Origin: an uncultured bacterium
GTDB taxonomy: Bacteria > Cyanobacteriota > Vampirovibrionia > Gastranaerophilales > Gastranaerophilaceae
DNA: 64,000 bases
Reading direction: 5' to 3'
Assembly: GCA_902794035.1 (NCBI GenBank)
Contig: CADBFN010000001.1
Coordinates: 21,599-85,598, forward strand
The position numbers were made by a program, and so were the translations under genes. The notes beneath the pieces are model-generated. The model worked only from the letters and a program-made list of their open reading frames with translations, was not told the DNA's origin and searched no databases. Shown here one piece after another: positions 37,476 to 47,314 of this stretch (positions are counted from its first letter, which is position 1; each line of letters opens with the position of its first letter).

Positions 37476-37484
37476 AAAATATAA

Positions 37485-38045
37485 TTATATATTCATTCCA
37501 ATGGCCATTCCCATTGCAAAATCACCTAAACCTTGTAAGCCTTGTTGTTGTTCCTTTAGTATAGTTTCAATATTTTCTTTTGTTAATTCTCCACCACTAA
37601 ATCCGTTAGCACTTTGTTGTTTTCCGTCGTTTACTCTATTTGCAGTAAGTAATAACATATACGTTTGCGGTTTTGTTATTTGTACATCTTTGGTATTCAT
37701 AATAATATTAAAGTTTTTAGTCGATAATTCCGGATTTTTAGAATTGGTTATAAGATATGCAATATGATTTGCAAATAATTTATTGAATGCACTATCGCCC
37801 ATTTTATCTTTATTGCATAAATTTTCTATGATTGTATTCTTGTCCATTCCTGGTTTTAAATATTCTATAAATTTATTATCTTTAGAATTTGAAGAATATA
37901 ATACTTGAGATTTTAAAGAATCTGCAGCTTCATAAGAAATGTTTCTTTCTGCACTACAATTGGCTTTAACATCATTAGACGTTGATTTTTGTTTAAAACT
38001 AGGATTTATTCTGATCTGTGGTTGTAAACTAACTGATTCTATCAT
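37485..38045 (-). CDS. Hypothetical protein
   Basis: ORF of 186-191 aa. The start is uncertain (38045 or 38060). Confidence 0.4.
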   Translation of the reverse strand: MIESVSLQPQIRINPSFKQKSTSNDVKANCSAERNISYEAADSLKSQVLYSSNSKDNKFIEYLKPGMDKNTIIENLCNKDKMGDSAFNKLFANHIAYLITNSKNPELSTKNFNIIMNTKDVQITKPQTYMLLLTANRVNDGKQQSANGFSGGELTKENIETILKEQQQGLQGLGDFAMGMAIGMNI

Positions 38046-38086
38046 TTTTATTCCTTTCAATTTTATTTATTATTGTTAAAATATTT

Positions 38087-39226
38087 TTACCAAGCCACTA
38101 CATACGGTACTCTTATATAATTTTCTCTATTTGCGATAATATTACCTTCGGCATCCTTTACTATATCTTTGAAATAGTGGCGTTTATCAAGCCAACCGGA
38201 TTCGTGGACTCCACCACCAAATTCTGTTTCCATTGTCGATTCCCATTTCTCAAATGTTCTGTCAAATGTTCTTTCAATTTTGGAAACAAGTTTATTATTT
38301 TCACCAAAATGTTCTATTGTTCCTGTAGTACCTTGTTTATCCAACTTTAAAACATCTTTCATTCCGTTATTAAATTTTCTTGTAATGGTATGCCCAGCAG
38401 CATCCTCAACATCTATTATTTGAGCATTTGGATAACTACCTCCACCACCATTTTCCCATTTTCTGTAAGGCATATTTTCTCTGAGGCCGGTAGTAAGAAT
38501 ATTCGTTTCAGCACTATCATAAAGACCATTCTCAACTCTTGCAGATTTTATAAAGGTTGTCGTTTTTTCAGGGGTTACAACTTTTGTTTCTTCAATATCG
38601 CCGTACCAGCCTCGCTTAAATTCAACAGAACTCTTGACTCCATTTCTATCGACTAATACTTTATCCAATATCTTATCTCTTTTATGCCAAGTGTCACTTG
38701 AACGATATTTATATTGGTATTCTTTTTGGGTTAGTATTTTCCCCTCTTTATCTTTAATTATACTTGATTGTATTTGACCATTTTCATAAACCATAGAAAC
38801 TTGATTACCATTTTTTAATTCATGGCTTACTGTTCCACTAAATTTTTCTCCTGATGGTAGCATTGCTTTGCCTTTTTCGAATTTCAGATCATTTAATTTA
38901 ATTTGTGGTTTTTCAGTACCGCCTAAAATCTTCCCGCCTTCTAAACCTTTAGGCAGTTTACCATTTTTAAGATATTTAACTGCTAAAAGCCCGCCTATGA
39001 CTGTTGTTCCAATAGCAGCCAATGTAAGTAATAATTTTTTACCGTTTTTCTTTTGTTTGTCATTTATTAAATCAATTTTATTACTTGTAACAAACATATC
39101 CCCACCTTTTGTAAAATCAACTGGTGCAGGAATAATATGAGCGTTTTGTCCATATTTATCTTTTAATTCTTTATCCTTTTTAATCATTTCAGGAGTCCAA
39201 AGGTTTATTGGTTGAATACTTGTCAT
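38087..39226 (-). CDS. Single-pass membrane protein with YwqK/MORN-like repeats
   Basis: Start trimmed to the ATG at 39224-39226 behind GAAGGTAGG. TM LLLTLAAIGTTVIGGLLAV. Repeated G..x..YxNGQ-type segments. Confidence 0.5.
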   Translation of the reverse strand: MTSIQPINLWTPEMIKKDKELKDKYGQNAHIIPAPVDFTKGGDMFVTSNKIDLINDKQKKNGKKLLLTLAAIGTTVIGGLLAVKYLKNGKLPKGLEGGKILGGTEKPQIKLNDLKFEKGKAMLPSGEKFSGTVSHELKNGNQVSMVYENGQIQSSIIKDKEGKILTQKEYQYKYRSSDTWHKRDKILDKVLVDRNGVKSSVEFKRGWYGDIEETKVVTPEKTTTFIKSARVENGLYDSAETNILTTGLRENMPYRKWENGGGGSYPNAQIIDVEDAAGHTITRKFNNGMKDVLKLDKQGTTGTIEHFGENNKLVSKIERTFDRTFEKWESTMETEFGGGVHESGWLDKRHYFKDIVKDAEGNIIANRENYIRVPYVVAW

Positions 39227-39494
39227 AATATACCTACCTTCATTACACAAATTATTTACTAACTATTCATGTAAAAATAAAAAAATCAAAATTGTTGCCC
39301 CACCACATCACATCATATCATATCGGGCATTATAACAGGGTTTTGGCCATTTTAAATTTAACTTTACAATTCGTAATATAAAGATATTTATTCGACATTA
39401 ATTTGATTTTTTAGTATTTTTCACTTACATTAATATTAATTGTTGTTAAAAACAGCAGTTGTGGGTTTAATGAGACAAATGAATAGGAGCGAGA

Positions 39495-39992
39495 ATGATG
39501 GAAGACAATTCTCGTAAAATCGACACAAGAAAGTTAGATGGTATAATCGAAGCCTGCGGCGGAGATAAATCACATTTAATTGCGATTTTACAAAAGGTAC
39601 AGGAAGAATACAAATATCTGCCTGAAGATGCACTGATTTACATTGGTACAAAGATAGAAGGCTTATCACCTGCAACCGTTTACGGTGTTGCAACATTTTA
39701 TGCCCAGTTTTCTTTGGACCCGAAAGGTAAATATGAAATTAAAGTATGTGACGGAACAGCATGCCACGTTCGTGGTTCAATGCCTGTTTTGAACGCAATC
39801 AAAGCACATTTAAAACTTGAAGACGGCAAAATGACAACAAATGACGGCTTGTTCTCACTTGAAACAGTCAGTTGCTTGGGAGCCTGCGGTCTTGCACCGG
39901 TTTGCGTTATAAACGGCAAGGTTTATCCTCAGATGACATCTGATGCCGTTAAAATAGTTTTAGACACTCTTTTAAAACAGGAAAGAGGTTAA
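39495..39992 (+). CDS. hydC: NuoE-like [2Fe-2S] subunit of bifurcating-type hydrogenase
   Basis: 165 aa with the thioredoxin-like ferredoxin Cys pattern (CDGTACH...CLGACGLAP). Confidence 0.9.
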   Translation: MMEDNSRKIDTRKLDGIIEACGGDKSHLIAILQKVQEEYKYLPEDALIYIGTKIEGLSPATVYGVATFYAQFSLDPKGKYEIKVCDGTACHVRGSMPVLNAIKAHLKLEDGKMTTNDGLFSLETVSCLGACGLAPVCVINGKVYPQMTSDAVKIVLDTLLKQERG

Positions 39993-39996
39993 TAGT

Positions 39997-41850
39997 ATGA
40001 CGAATTTAAATATTGATATAAAAAATGAGCAGGAAAAGGCTCGTGAAGAAATAAAAAAACAGGGCTTCAGAGTTCTTGTTTGTGCAGGTACCGGATGCGT
40101 TGCAAACGGTTCTTTGCAAATTATTGAAAAATTTAAAGAACTTGGCGCAGATGTATCTGTTATGTCAGATTATGACAAGGTTACCATTGTACCGACAGGA
40201 TGCCATGGTTTTTGCGAACAAGGTGTTTTGGTTGTATTCCCTGATTTAGACCTTACTTATGTAAAAGTAAGACTTAATGATGTTGAAGAAATATATGAAG
40301 CATTAAAAAATAATCAGGTTGTAGAAAGACTTTTATATACCGATCCTCACACAAATGAAAAAGTTCGCAAAAATGAGGATATTAATTTCTACGCAAAACA
40401 AACAAGAACCGCTCTTGCAAACTGCGGTGAAATGAACGCGGAAAGCATTGACGAAGCAATCGCTTTGCGCGCTTACGAAGCATTATCAAAAGTTTTAAGC
40501 GAAGGGAATCCTGATGCGGTTATTGATGAGATTATCAAATCAGGCTTGCGTGGTCGTGGCGGCGGCGGTTTCCCGACAGGTCAAAAATGGAAGTTCACTG
40601 CTGCAAACAAAGGCGGAAAATCTTATGTAGTTTGTAACGGTGACGAAGGCGACCCGGGTGCGTTTATGGATCGTTCCGTTATGGAAGGTGACCCTCATAA
40701 ACTACTTGAAGGTATTGCTATTGCTGCTTATGCGGTTGGCGCAGACGAAGCATATATCTACGTTCGAGCAGAATATCCGCTTGCAATTAAACGATTGAGA
40801 AAGGCTATTGCACAGGCAGAAGAAAGACATTTCTTAGGCGAAAACATTATGGGCTCAGGGTTTAACCTGACTATTCATATCAAAGAAGGTGCCGGAGCAT
40901 TTGTTTGCGGTGAAGAAACAGCACTTATCGCATCAATAGAAGGTGAAAGAGGTATGCCTCGTCCAAAACCTCCATTCCCTGCAAATAAAGGTTTGTTTGG
41001 CAGACCGACATTGATTAATAATGTTGAAACACTTGCAAACGTACCTGTTATCATTTTAAAAGGTGCAGACTGGTTCAGTTCAATGGGAACTGAAAAATCT
41101 AAGGGGACTAAAACATTTGCACTGACAGGTGAAGTTAATAATACCGGCTTAATCGAAGTTCCTATGGGAACAACATTAAGAGAAATCGTATTTGATATCG
41201 GCGGTGGTATCAGAGGCGGAAAGAAATTCAAAGCCGTACAAATTGGCGGCCCGTCAGGCGGTTGTTTAACAGAAGAACATCTTGATATCCCAATGGATTA
41301 CGATAACCTTATCAAAGCAGGCGCAATGGTCGGTTCAGGTGGTTTGGTTGTAATGGCTGAAGACACTTGTATCGTAGAAGTTGCAAGATTCTTTATGAAC
41401 TTTACCCAAAACGAATCCTGCGGGAAATGCGTTCCTTGCAGAGAAGGTACAAAAAATATGCTGAAAATCCTGCAAAAAATTGTTGCAGGCAAAGCTACAA
41501 TGAAGGATTTGGATTTGCTGGAAGAAATTGCACAAACAATCAAAGACGGTTCGTTGTGCGGTTTGGGTAAAACTGCTCCAAACCCTGTACTTTCAACACT
41601 AAAATATTTCAGAGATGAATATATTGCACACATCAAAGATCACAAATGTCCTGCAGGTGTTTGTACCGCAATGAAAAAGATTGTTATTCAGGAAGATCTT
41701 TGTAAGGGTTGTACAAAATGTGCAAGAAATTGTCCGGTCGAAGCAATTTCAGGTGAAGTTCGTCAGCCGCACCACATTGACCAGTCTAAATGTATTAAAT
41801 GTGAAGCGTGTCTGAAAAATTGTCCGTTCAAGGCAATCGTTTTGGAATAA
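39997..41850 (+). CDS. hydB: NuoF-like NADH/FMN-binding subunit with extra Fe-S domains
   Basis: 617 aa with GLRGRGGGGFPTG, CNGDEGDPGAF, ESCGKCVPCREG and two C-terminal CxxCxxCxxxCP motifs. Confidence 0.92.
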   Translation: MTNLNIDIKNEQEKAREEIKKQGFRVLVCAGTGCVANGSLQIIEKFKELGADVSVMSDYDKVTIVPTGCHGFCEQGVLVVFPDLDLTYVKVRLNDVEEIYEALKNNQVVERLLYTDPHTNEKVRKNEDINFYAKQTRTALANCGEMNAESIDEAIALRAYEALSKVLSEGNPDAVIDEIIKSGLRGRGGGGFPTGQKWKFTAANKGGKSYVVCNGDEGDPGAFMDRSVMEGDPHKLLEGIAIAAYAVGADEAYIYVRAEYPLAIKRLRKAIAQAEERHFLGENIMGSGFNLTIHIKEGAGAFVCGEETALIASIEGERGMPRPKPPFPANKGLFGRPTLINNVETLANVPVIILKGADWFSSMGTEKSKGTKTFALTGEVNNTGLIEVPMGTTLREIVFDIGGGIRGGKKFKAVQIGGPSGGCLTEEHLDIPMDYDNLIKAGAMVGSGGLVVMAEDTCIVEVARFFMNFTQNESCGKCVPCREGTKNMLKILQKIVAGKATMKDLDLLEEIAQTIKDGSLCGLGKTAPNPVLSTLKYFRDEYIAHIKDHKCPAGVCTAMKKIVIQEDLCKGCTKCARNCPVEAISGEVRQPHHIDQSKCIKCEACLKNCPFKAIVLE

Positions 41851-41866
41851 ATAAAGGAATAAAAAA

Positions 41867-43636
41867 ATGACAGAAGAAAATAAGAAAACATTAATAATAG
41901 AAGGTAAAGAAGTTGAATTTACGGACGAACCGAATTTGCTTGAAGTTATCAGAAAAGCAGGAATGAATGTTCCTACATTTTGCTATAGACCTGATTTGAC
42001 TTCTTTCGGAGCATGCAGAATGTGTGTTGTGGAAGTTGAATATCCAAACGGAAGAAAAATTATCAATTCATCCTGCACAATGCCTCCGGAAGCAAATATT
42101 AAAGTATATTTAAATACAGAAAAAGTTCGCCGTATCAGAAAAACAGTTCTTGAATTGCTTCTTGCAAATCACGACAGAAAATGTTTGACTTGCGATAAAT
42201 CAGGAGACTGCGAACTTCAAAAATATGCAGAAGAATACAATATCAGAGAAATTCGTTTCCCTGACAAATCAGAGAAAGAATATTTGCCGATAGACGATTC
42301 CAGCCCGTCATTTGTTCGTGACCCGAATAAATGTATTCTTTGCGGTGCGTGTGTTCGTGCCTGCACCGAATTTCAGGGACATTCTGTTTTAGGCTTTGCA
42401 AACAGAGGATCTAAAACCAAAGTTCAACCGCTAAACGGCAGACCTATCGGTCAGGTTGATTGTATAAATTGCGGTCAGTGCGTTGCAGTTTGTCCGACAG
42501 GTGCTTTGACCATCAAAAACGAAGTTGACAAAGTTTGGGACGAAATTAATAATCCTGAAAAAACTGTTGTCGTTCAGATGGCACCATCTGTTCGTGTAGC
42601 ATTAGGCGAAATGTTCGGACTTGAACCGGGTGAAAATACTATAGGAAAAATCAACGCTGCATTAAGAAGATTAGGTTTCAAATATGTATTTGATACAAAC
42701 TTCTCTGCAGACTTGACTATCGTTGAAGAAGCAACGGAATTTTTGGAAAGATTAAAATCAGGACAAAACTTGCCGATATTCACCTCTTGCTGTCCTGCGT
42801 GGGTAAAATATCTGGAAACTTTACATCCTGACATGTTACATCATTTATCATCCTGTAAATCACCGATGAGTATGATGTCATCAACATTGATTGATTTAAT
42901 GCCAAAATATCACAATGTTTCAAGAGAAAATCTTGTAATTGTTGCAATTATGCCTTGCACCGCTAAAAAGTACGAAGCAAAACGCGAACAGTTATACACA
43001 GATAACAGACCTGATACCGATATAGTTCTCACAACAAAAGAACTCGGTGCAATGATTAAAGGTGCAGGAATTGACTTTAAAAATATTGAACCTGAAACAC
43101 ATGATTCACCATTTGGAGAATATTCAGGCGCAGGTACAATCTTTGGAGCATCAGGCGGGGTAGCCGAAGCCGCAGTCAGAACGGCTTACGAATACGCAAC
43201 AGGCGAAGTTCTTAATGAAGTTGATATTAAAGAAATGAGAGGAACTTCTAATCGTTCTAAAACCGTTGAACTCGATATCAAAGGAACAAAAGTGGTTGTT
43301 CGTGTGGTTTCAACAATGGTTGAGGCTGAAAAAGCCCTTAAAGAAATCAAAGACGGTACTGCAAACTTCCAGATGTTAGAAGTTATGGCTTGCCCTGGTG
43401 GTTGTATAAACGGCGGCGGTCAGCCAAACAGCCACAATGATTCCTCAATCAAAGGTAAACGTGCCTGTGGATTATATAAAGAAGATGAGGAACTCCCAAT
43501 TCGTAAATCTCATATGAATCCGTCTATTCAAAAACTTTATCAACAGGATTTTGAACATCCGGGTTCACATAAAGCTCACGAATTGTTGCATACAACATAC
43601 CGCAACAAATACAACGGTTCCTACAGAGATATTTAA
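41867..43636 (+). CDS. hydA: [FeFe]-hydrogenase catalytic subunit
   Basis: 589 aa with H-cluster motifs TSCCPAW, MPCTAKKYE and EVMACPGGCINGGGQP, plus N-terminal 2Fe-2S/4Fe-4S domains. Confidence 0.95.
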   Translation: MTEENKKTLIIEGKEVEFTDEPNLLEVIRKAGMNVPTFCYRPDLTSFGACRMCVVEVEYPNGRKIINSSCTMPPEANIKVYLNTEKVRRIRKTVLELLLANHDRKCLTCDKSGDCELQKYAEEYNIREIRFPDKSEKEYLPIDDSSPSFVRDPNKCILCGACVRACTEFQGHSVLGFANRGSKTKVQPLNGRPIGQVDCINCGQCVAVCPTGALTIKNEVDKVWDEINNPEKTVVVQMAPSVRVALGEMFGLEPGENTIGKINAALRRLGFKYVFDTNFSADLTIVEEATEFLERLKSGQNLPIFTSCCPAWVKYLETLHPDMLHHLSSCKSPMSMMSSTLIDLMPKYHNVSRENLVIVAIMPCTAKKYEAKREQLYTDNRPDTDIVLTTKELGAMIKGAGIDFKNIEPETHDSPFGEYSGAGTIFGASGGVAEAAVRTAYEYATGEVLNEVDIKEMRGTSNRSKTVELDIKGTKVVVRVVSTMVEAEKALKEIKDGTANFQMLEVMACPGGCINGGGQPNSHNDSSIKGKRACGLYKEDEELPIRKSHMNPSIQKLYQQDFEHPGSHKAHELLHTTYRNKYNGSYRDI

Positions 43637-43657
43637 TTGAACATTAAATATAATATT

Positions 43658-43700
43658 AAAAGCGTGAATTTTTAAAAATAAAATTCACGCTTTTTTATCA
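43658..43700 (+). terminator. hydCBA terminator
   Basis: AAAGCGTGAATTT-ttaaaaata-AAATTCACGCTTT + TTTT. Confidence 0.7.
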
Positions 43701-43710
43701 CATATTTATT

Positions 43711-44049
43711 TTATTTAGATTTTTTCCCGACAGAATAATTTGCATGAATATAATCAGGAGAATTTGGATCATACATACTTGTGTCACGAATAAACTTTTC
43801 ATTATCCTTTCCCTTTAACGGCTTTAAACCTGCACGTCTGCTTCTGTTTTCTTCAGTAAAAAATTTATTCACGCTTCTTATAATATTTTTGATTTTATCA
43901 AAAAATTTATCTGCTGTTTGTAATTTTGGACTATTCTCAGCTGACGATTTATTCTCAGATAAAAATTTTGTTTCCGGTTTTGGAGATGTTTTACATTTAT
44001 TCAACCTAACATTTCTTTTTGGAATAACGTTTACTATTTTTGAAATCAT
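43711..44049 (-). CDS. Basic hypothetical protein
   Basis: 112-aa ORF with no recognisable family. Confidence 0.4.
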   Translation of the reverse strand: MISKIVNVIPKRNVRLNKCKTSPKPETKFLSENKSSAENSPKLQTADKFFDKIKNIIRSVNKFFTEENRSRRAGLKPLKGKDNEKFIRDTSMYDPNSPDYIHANYSVGKKSK

Positions 44050-44140
44050 TTATGTACCTTTCTATTATTTCCTACGAATGGTATTACAAATAGCAAAATA
44101 AAAAAATATTGCCAATATTCAAACATAATTTTACAATCCG

Positions 44141-44174
44141 TAATAAAAGACCTTTCGAATGACGAAAGGTCTTT
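44141..44174 (-). terminator. skp terminator
   Basis: AAAGACCTTTCG-5 nt-CGAAAGGTCTTT followed by TTATT on the minus strand. Confidence 0.6.
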
Positions 44175-44195
44175 ATATCTGATTATTTTTCAAAA

Positions 44196-44648
44196 CTATT
44201 TGATAATTTTTGAAACTTCAGCTGTAATATCTGTACCACCGTAAAGAACTATTCCTTTACTCAATACTACATTATAACCATCAGCTTTTGCTTTTGCAGA
44301 AATCTGAGCAGAGATTGATTCATCGATGGCTTTTAGTTTTGCAGCGTAATCTTTGTCCATTTTTTCTTTTTTGGCTTGCAATTCTTTGTTATATTTTTCT
44401 TCTGCAGCTTGTTTTTTCTTAGCATCTGAAATTGAAGCTACGTCTTTTCTTGCTTTTTCGATAAATTGTACGATTTCTTTTGCTTTAGCCTGTTGATCTT
44501 TTTTCAAAGCCTGAACCTGAGCAGAAGCATTAACTACTGCAGGAACATCAATAACTGCAACAGAAAAATCTGCAGCATTTGCACAAGAACCAGCAACTAA
44601 ACCACCTAATACAGCCAATGTTACAATTAAAGTACTAAATTTTTTCAT
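44196..44648 (-). CDS. skp: OmpH/Skp-family periplasmic chaperone
   Basis: 150 aa with a signal peptide, a Lys/Ala/Gln-rich coiled arm and Skp-like termini. Confidence 0.8.
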   Translation of the reverse strand: MKKFSTLIVTLAVLGGLVAGSCANAADFSVAVIDVPAVVNASAQVQALKKDQQAKAKEIVQFIEKARKDVASISDAKKKQAAEEKYNKELQAKKEKMDKDYAAKLKAIDESISAQISAKAKADGYNVVLSKGIVLYGGTDITAEVSKIIK

Positions 44649-44908
44649 AATATAATCTCCTTACTAACAAGAAATATCCTACCACAAATGTATGTTTTAT
44701 TCCATATCTCATCCGTTTGATTTATCTTTTTGTAACATTCTTTACATGGATAAATAAATTTAATATAATTTACATAGTAGCAAATAATGTTTTTACATTT
44801 TGTAAAAATGTTGTAATAAAGAGTTATTATTTGGTTTATTTGTAAGAGAATATACATAAGGATATATAATTAGATATATAGAATTTGTAATAGAAAGTGA
44901 AAAAGATA

Positions 44909-45205
44909 ATGAAAGAACTTAACAAAATTAAAAAATTATTATGCGTTATGACATTTGCCTTTATTTGCTGCTTAGTGGTAACAACAACAGCTTCAGCGGA
45001 TATGGTTTCAAATGCGGGACTTATCCCTGCGGGATATGGATATACTCATGGCAGAATACCTGTAATTGAAGCAACAGGCAGACCTGAAATTCATGATGCA
45101 GCAATTATGAGATACGATAAAAACAGTCGTATTAAAGATAATGATACATCAGAAAATAACGCAAATTATGACAGACAAAACGGGAATAACAGACAACAAT
45201 TTTAA
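44909..45205 (+). CDS. Small secreted protein paralogous to the N-terminus of the downstream barrel
   Basis: ATG at 44909 is preferred over the GTG at 44897. IHDAAIMRYDKNSRIKDNDT aligns with QHDRDMLMYGKQTRVEETDY of the 663-aa protein. Confidence 0.5.
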   Translation: MKELNKIKKLLCVMTFAFICCLVVTTTASADMVSNAGLIPAGYGYTHGRIPVIEATGRPEIHDAAIMRYDKNSRIKDNDTSENNANYDRQNGNNRQQF

Positions 45206-45243
45206 TAATTTAAAAGATATATAAAATAGAAGGTGAATTAATA

Positions 45244-47235
45244 ATGAAAAAGAGTAGAAATTTAAAAGCATTCTTAGGGATTGCTATGGCAGCGACAGTT
45301 TGTTGCGCATTAGCATCAGTTCCGGCATTCGGTGCTGATGTGCCATCAATACCTACTGCTCAACAATATGTTCAAGGTAAATTTGAGCAAGGCGGAGCCA
45401 CTCAACACGATAGGGATATGCTTATGTACGGGAAGCAAACCCGTGTTGAAGAAACAGATTATGGCAAATACAGCCAAAGAAGATACGGTACTGACGGAAA
45501 TCCGGTTAAAAATTATGCATCCCCGAATAGTGATTATATGAAAGCTACAATTGATGAAATCGGAACTAAGGGGGTATATGTAAACTCAATTGAAGTTTCT
45601 CCATCAGAAATTTTATCAAGCAGCGAGATAAATGGTATTATCGGGCAATATGTTGGTAAAAACGTATTTATGAGTGATATTCAGGAAGCTATTGACGGAA
45701 TAAACAGATTATATGCAGAAAAAGGATATGTAACAGCAAGAGCATACCTTCCTGAACAAACCGTTTCTAACGGTAATATCAAAATTGAACTTATTGAAAG
45801 TAAAATCGGAAAAGTTACGGTTACAAATAATAAATATACAACAAGCAACTATATCTTAAAACGTATGCCTGAAAAATCAGGTCAATTATTTGATATCGTT
45901 GATTTAGAAAAAGATGTATTAGACTTTAACAGATATCACGACGGCGTAAATTTAAGTGCAAATCTTAAAGCCGGAGAAGAACCGGGAACAACAGATATTG
46001 AATTAACTGCACAAGAAACATTCCCATTCCACATAATTGGTATGATGGATAACGCAGGTCGTCGTTCAACAGGTCCTTTAAGAGGAGGTCCTGCTATCGT
46101 TGTTGATTCTCTTTTCCACCGAAGAGACCAAATGTCTGCCGGCGTTTATTTTTCTCGTGGTGCTACAAGTCCGTTCTTTGACTATAGCATCCCTGTAAAC
46201 AAAAAAGACGGTAGAGTCGGGTTTTCATTCTCCTCAACATTTGCAAGAGTTATGCACGGAGACCCTGCAATTACATCTTTGGGTTTAAGAAGTAATTCAT
46301 ACATATACAGTTTATATTATGATCAACCTATTGTAAGAACAAGAGGTTTTGAATTTAAAACATACGCAGCAATGAACTATAAACGTTCAAGATCCTGGTC
46401 AAAAATTGATGCAGAGCTAGAAAGACACGGATTGCCATCATTCGGAGATACGGACCAAATTACAAGCGTAGATGCAGGTTTCAACTTAAGAAAAGATACA
46501 AAATACGGTATTTGGTATTTAAACCAAATGGCTAGTATGGCATTCCCTATATTTGACAGTGAATCAAGCTATTTCAAATATTCAGGCGGATTGTTAAGAT
46601 TACATGATTTCTCTCACGGATTTATCGGTCAATTGAGAGCAAATTACCAAATAATACCTAATAACAAACACATTCCTTATATGGATTTATTCCAGACAGG
46701 TGGTTTGGCTACCGTAAGAGGTTATTCAGAAGGTGTTATGATGGGTAAAAACGGCTACTATGTAAGCGGTGAATTGATGTTCCCATTGTTGCCAAGAACA
46801 ATAACAACAAAAGGCGGAAAAACAATGAACTTTATCGGGAATTACATAAAGGGTGCTGTTTTTGCTGATACAGCAGGTGTTTTCCCTGTTCACAGAGAAG
46901 ATTATCTGGAAAGCTACTTCTTAGCATCAGTAGGTATGGGTTTAAGAGTCCAACTTCCGGGTGACTTGAGTGCAAGACTATATTGGGGTTGGCCATTAGT
47001 TAATAACAAATACGAAAACCACAGACATATGGGAAGATTCCACTTTGAATTGACAGTTGAACCTAATTTGGACAAACTGCTTGCAAGAAGACAAAAAGCT
47101 CCTGTAGTTGTTCAGCCACAACCAGAGCCTAAAGCGGAAGAACCTAAAGAATTACCACCACTTGAATTACCTAATAACTATGATGATGTCAGACACTATG
47201 ACTACATGCTGGATGGCAGTGCAACTGCTCTATAA
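45244..47235 (+). CDS. ShlB/FhaC/HecB-family (TpsB, POTRA + 16-strand barrel) outer-membrane transporter
   Basis: 663 aa with a signal peptide, a POTRA region (VNSIEVSPSEIL...KIGKVTVTNNKY) and a barrel ending ...GRFHFELTVEP, followed by a ~60-aa Pro-rich tail. Confidence 0.8.
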   Translation: MKKSRNLKAFLGIAMAATVCCALASVPAFGADVPSIPTAQQYVQGKFEQGGATQHDRDMLMYGKQTRVEETDYGKYSQRRYGTDGNPVKNYASPNSDYMKATIDEIGTKGVYVNSIEVSPSEILSSSEINGIIGQYVGKNVFMSDIQEAIDGINRLYAEKGYVTARAYLPEQTVSNGNIKIELIESKIGKVTVTNNKYTTSNYILKRMPEKSGQLFDIVDLEKDVLDFNRYHDGVNLSANLKAGEEPGTTDIELTAQETFPFHIIGMMDNAGRRSTGPLRGGPAIVVDSLFHRRDQMSAGVYFSRGATSPFFDYSIPVNKKDGRVGFSFSSTFARVMHGDPAITSLGLRSNSYIYSLYYDQPIVRTRGFEFKTYAAMNYKRSRSWSKIDAELERHGLPSFGDTDQITSVDAGFNLRKDTKYGIWYLNQMASMAFPIFDSESSYFKYSGGLLRLHDFSHGFIGQLRANYQIIPNNKHIPYMDLFQTGGLATVRGYSEGVMMGKNGYYVSGELMFPLLPRTITTKGGKTMNFIGNYIKGAVFADTAGVFPVHREDYLESYFLASVGMGLRVQLPGDLSARLYWGWPLVNNKYENHRHMGRFHFELTVEPNLDKLLARRQKAPVVVQPQPEPKAEEPKELPPLELPNNYDDVRHYDYMLDGSATAL

Positions 47236-47264
47236 TAAAAATAGAATATTGTAATATAAAATGA

Positions 47265-47305
47265 ATCGGCAGAGAATTTTTAATTAAGTTCTCTGCCGGT
47301 TTATT
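47265..47305. terminator. Bidirectional terminator (barrel gene / ruvB)
   Basis: CGGCAGAGAA-12 nt-TTCTCTGCCG followed by a T-run. Confidence 0.65.
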
Positions 47306-47314
47306 ATATATTAA

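Noticed and set aside
44645-44857. 70-aa minus-strand ORF in the skp / small-protein divergent spacer
   Set aside because: It is extremely AT-rich and low-complexity (Tyr/Ile/Asn/Lys), has no SD, and overlaps the skp start. It is more likely a promoter region.
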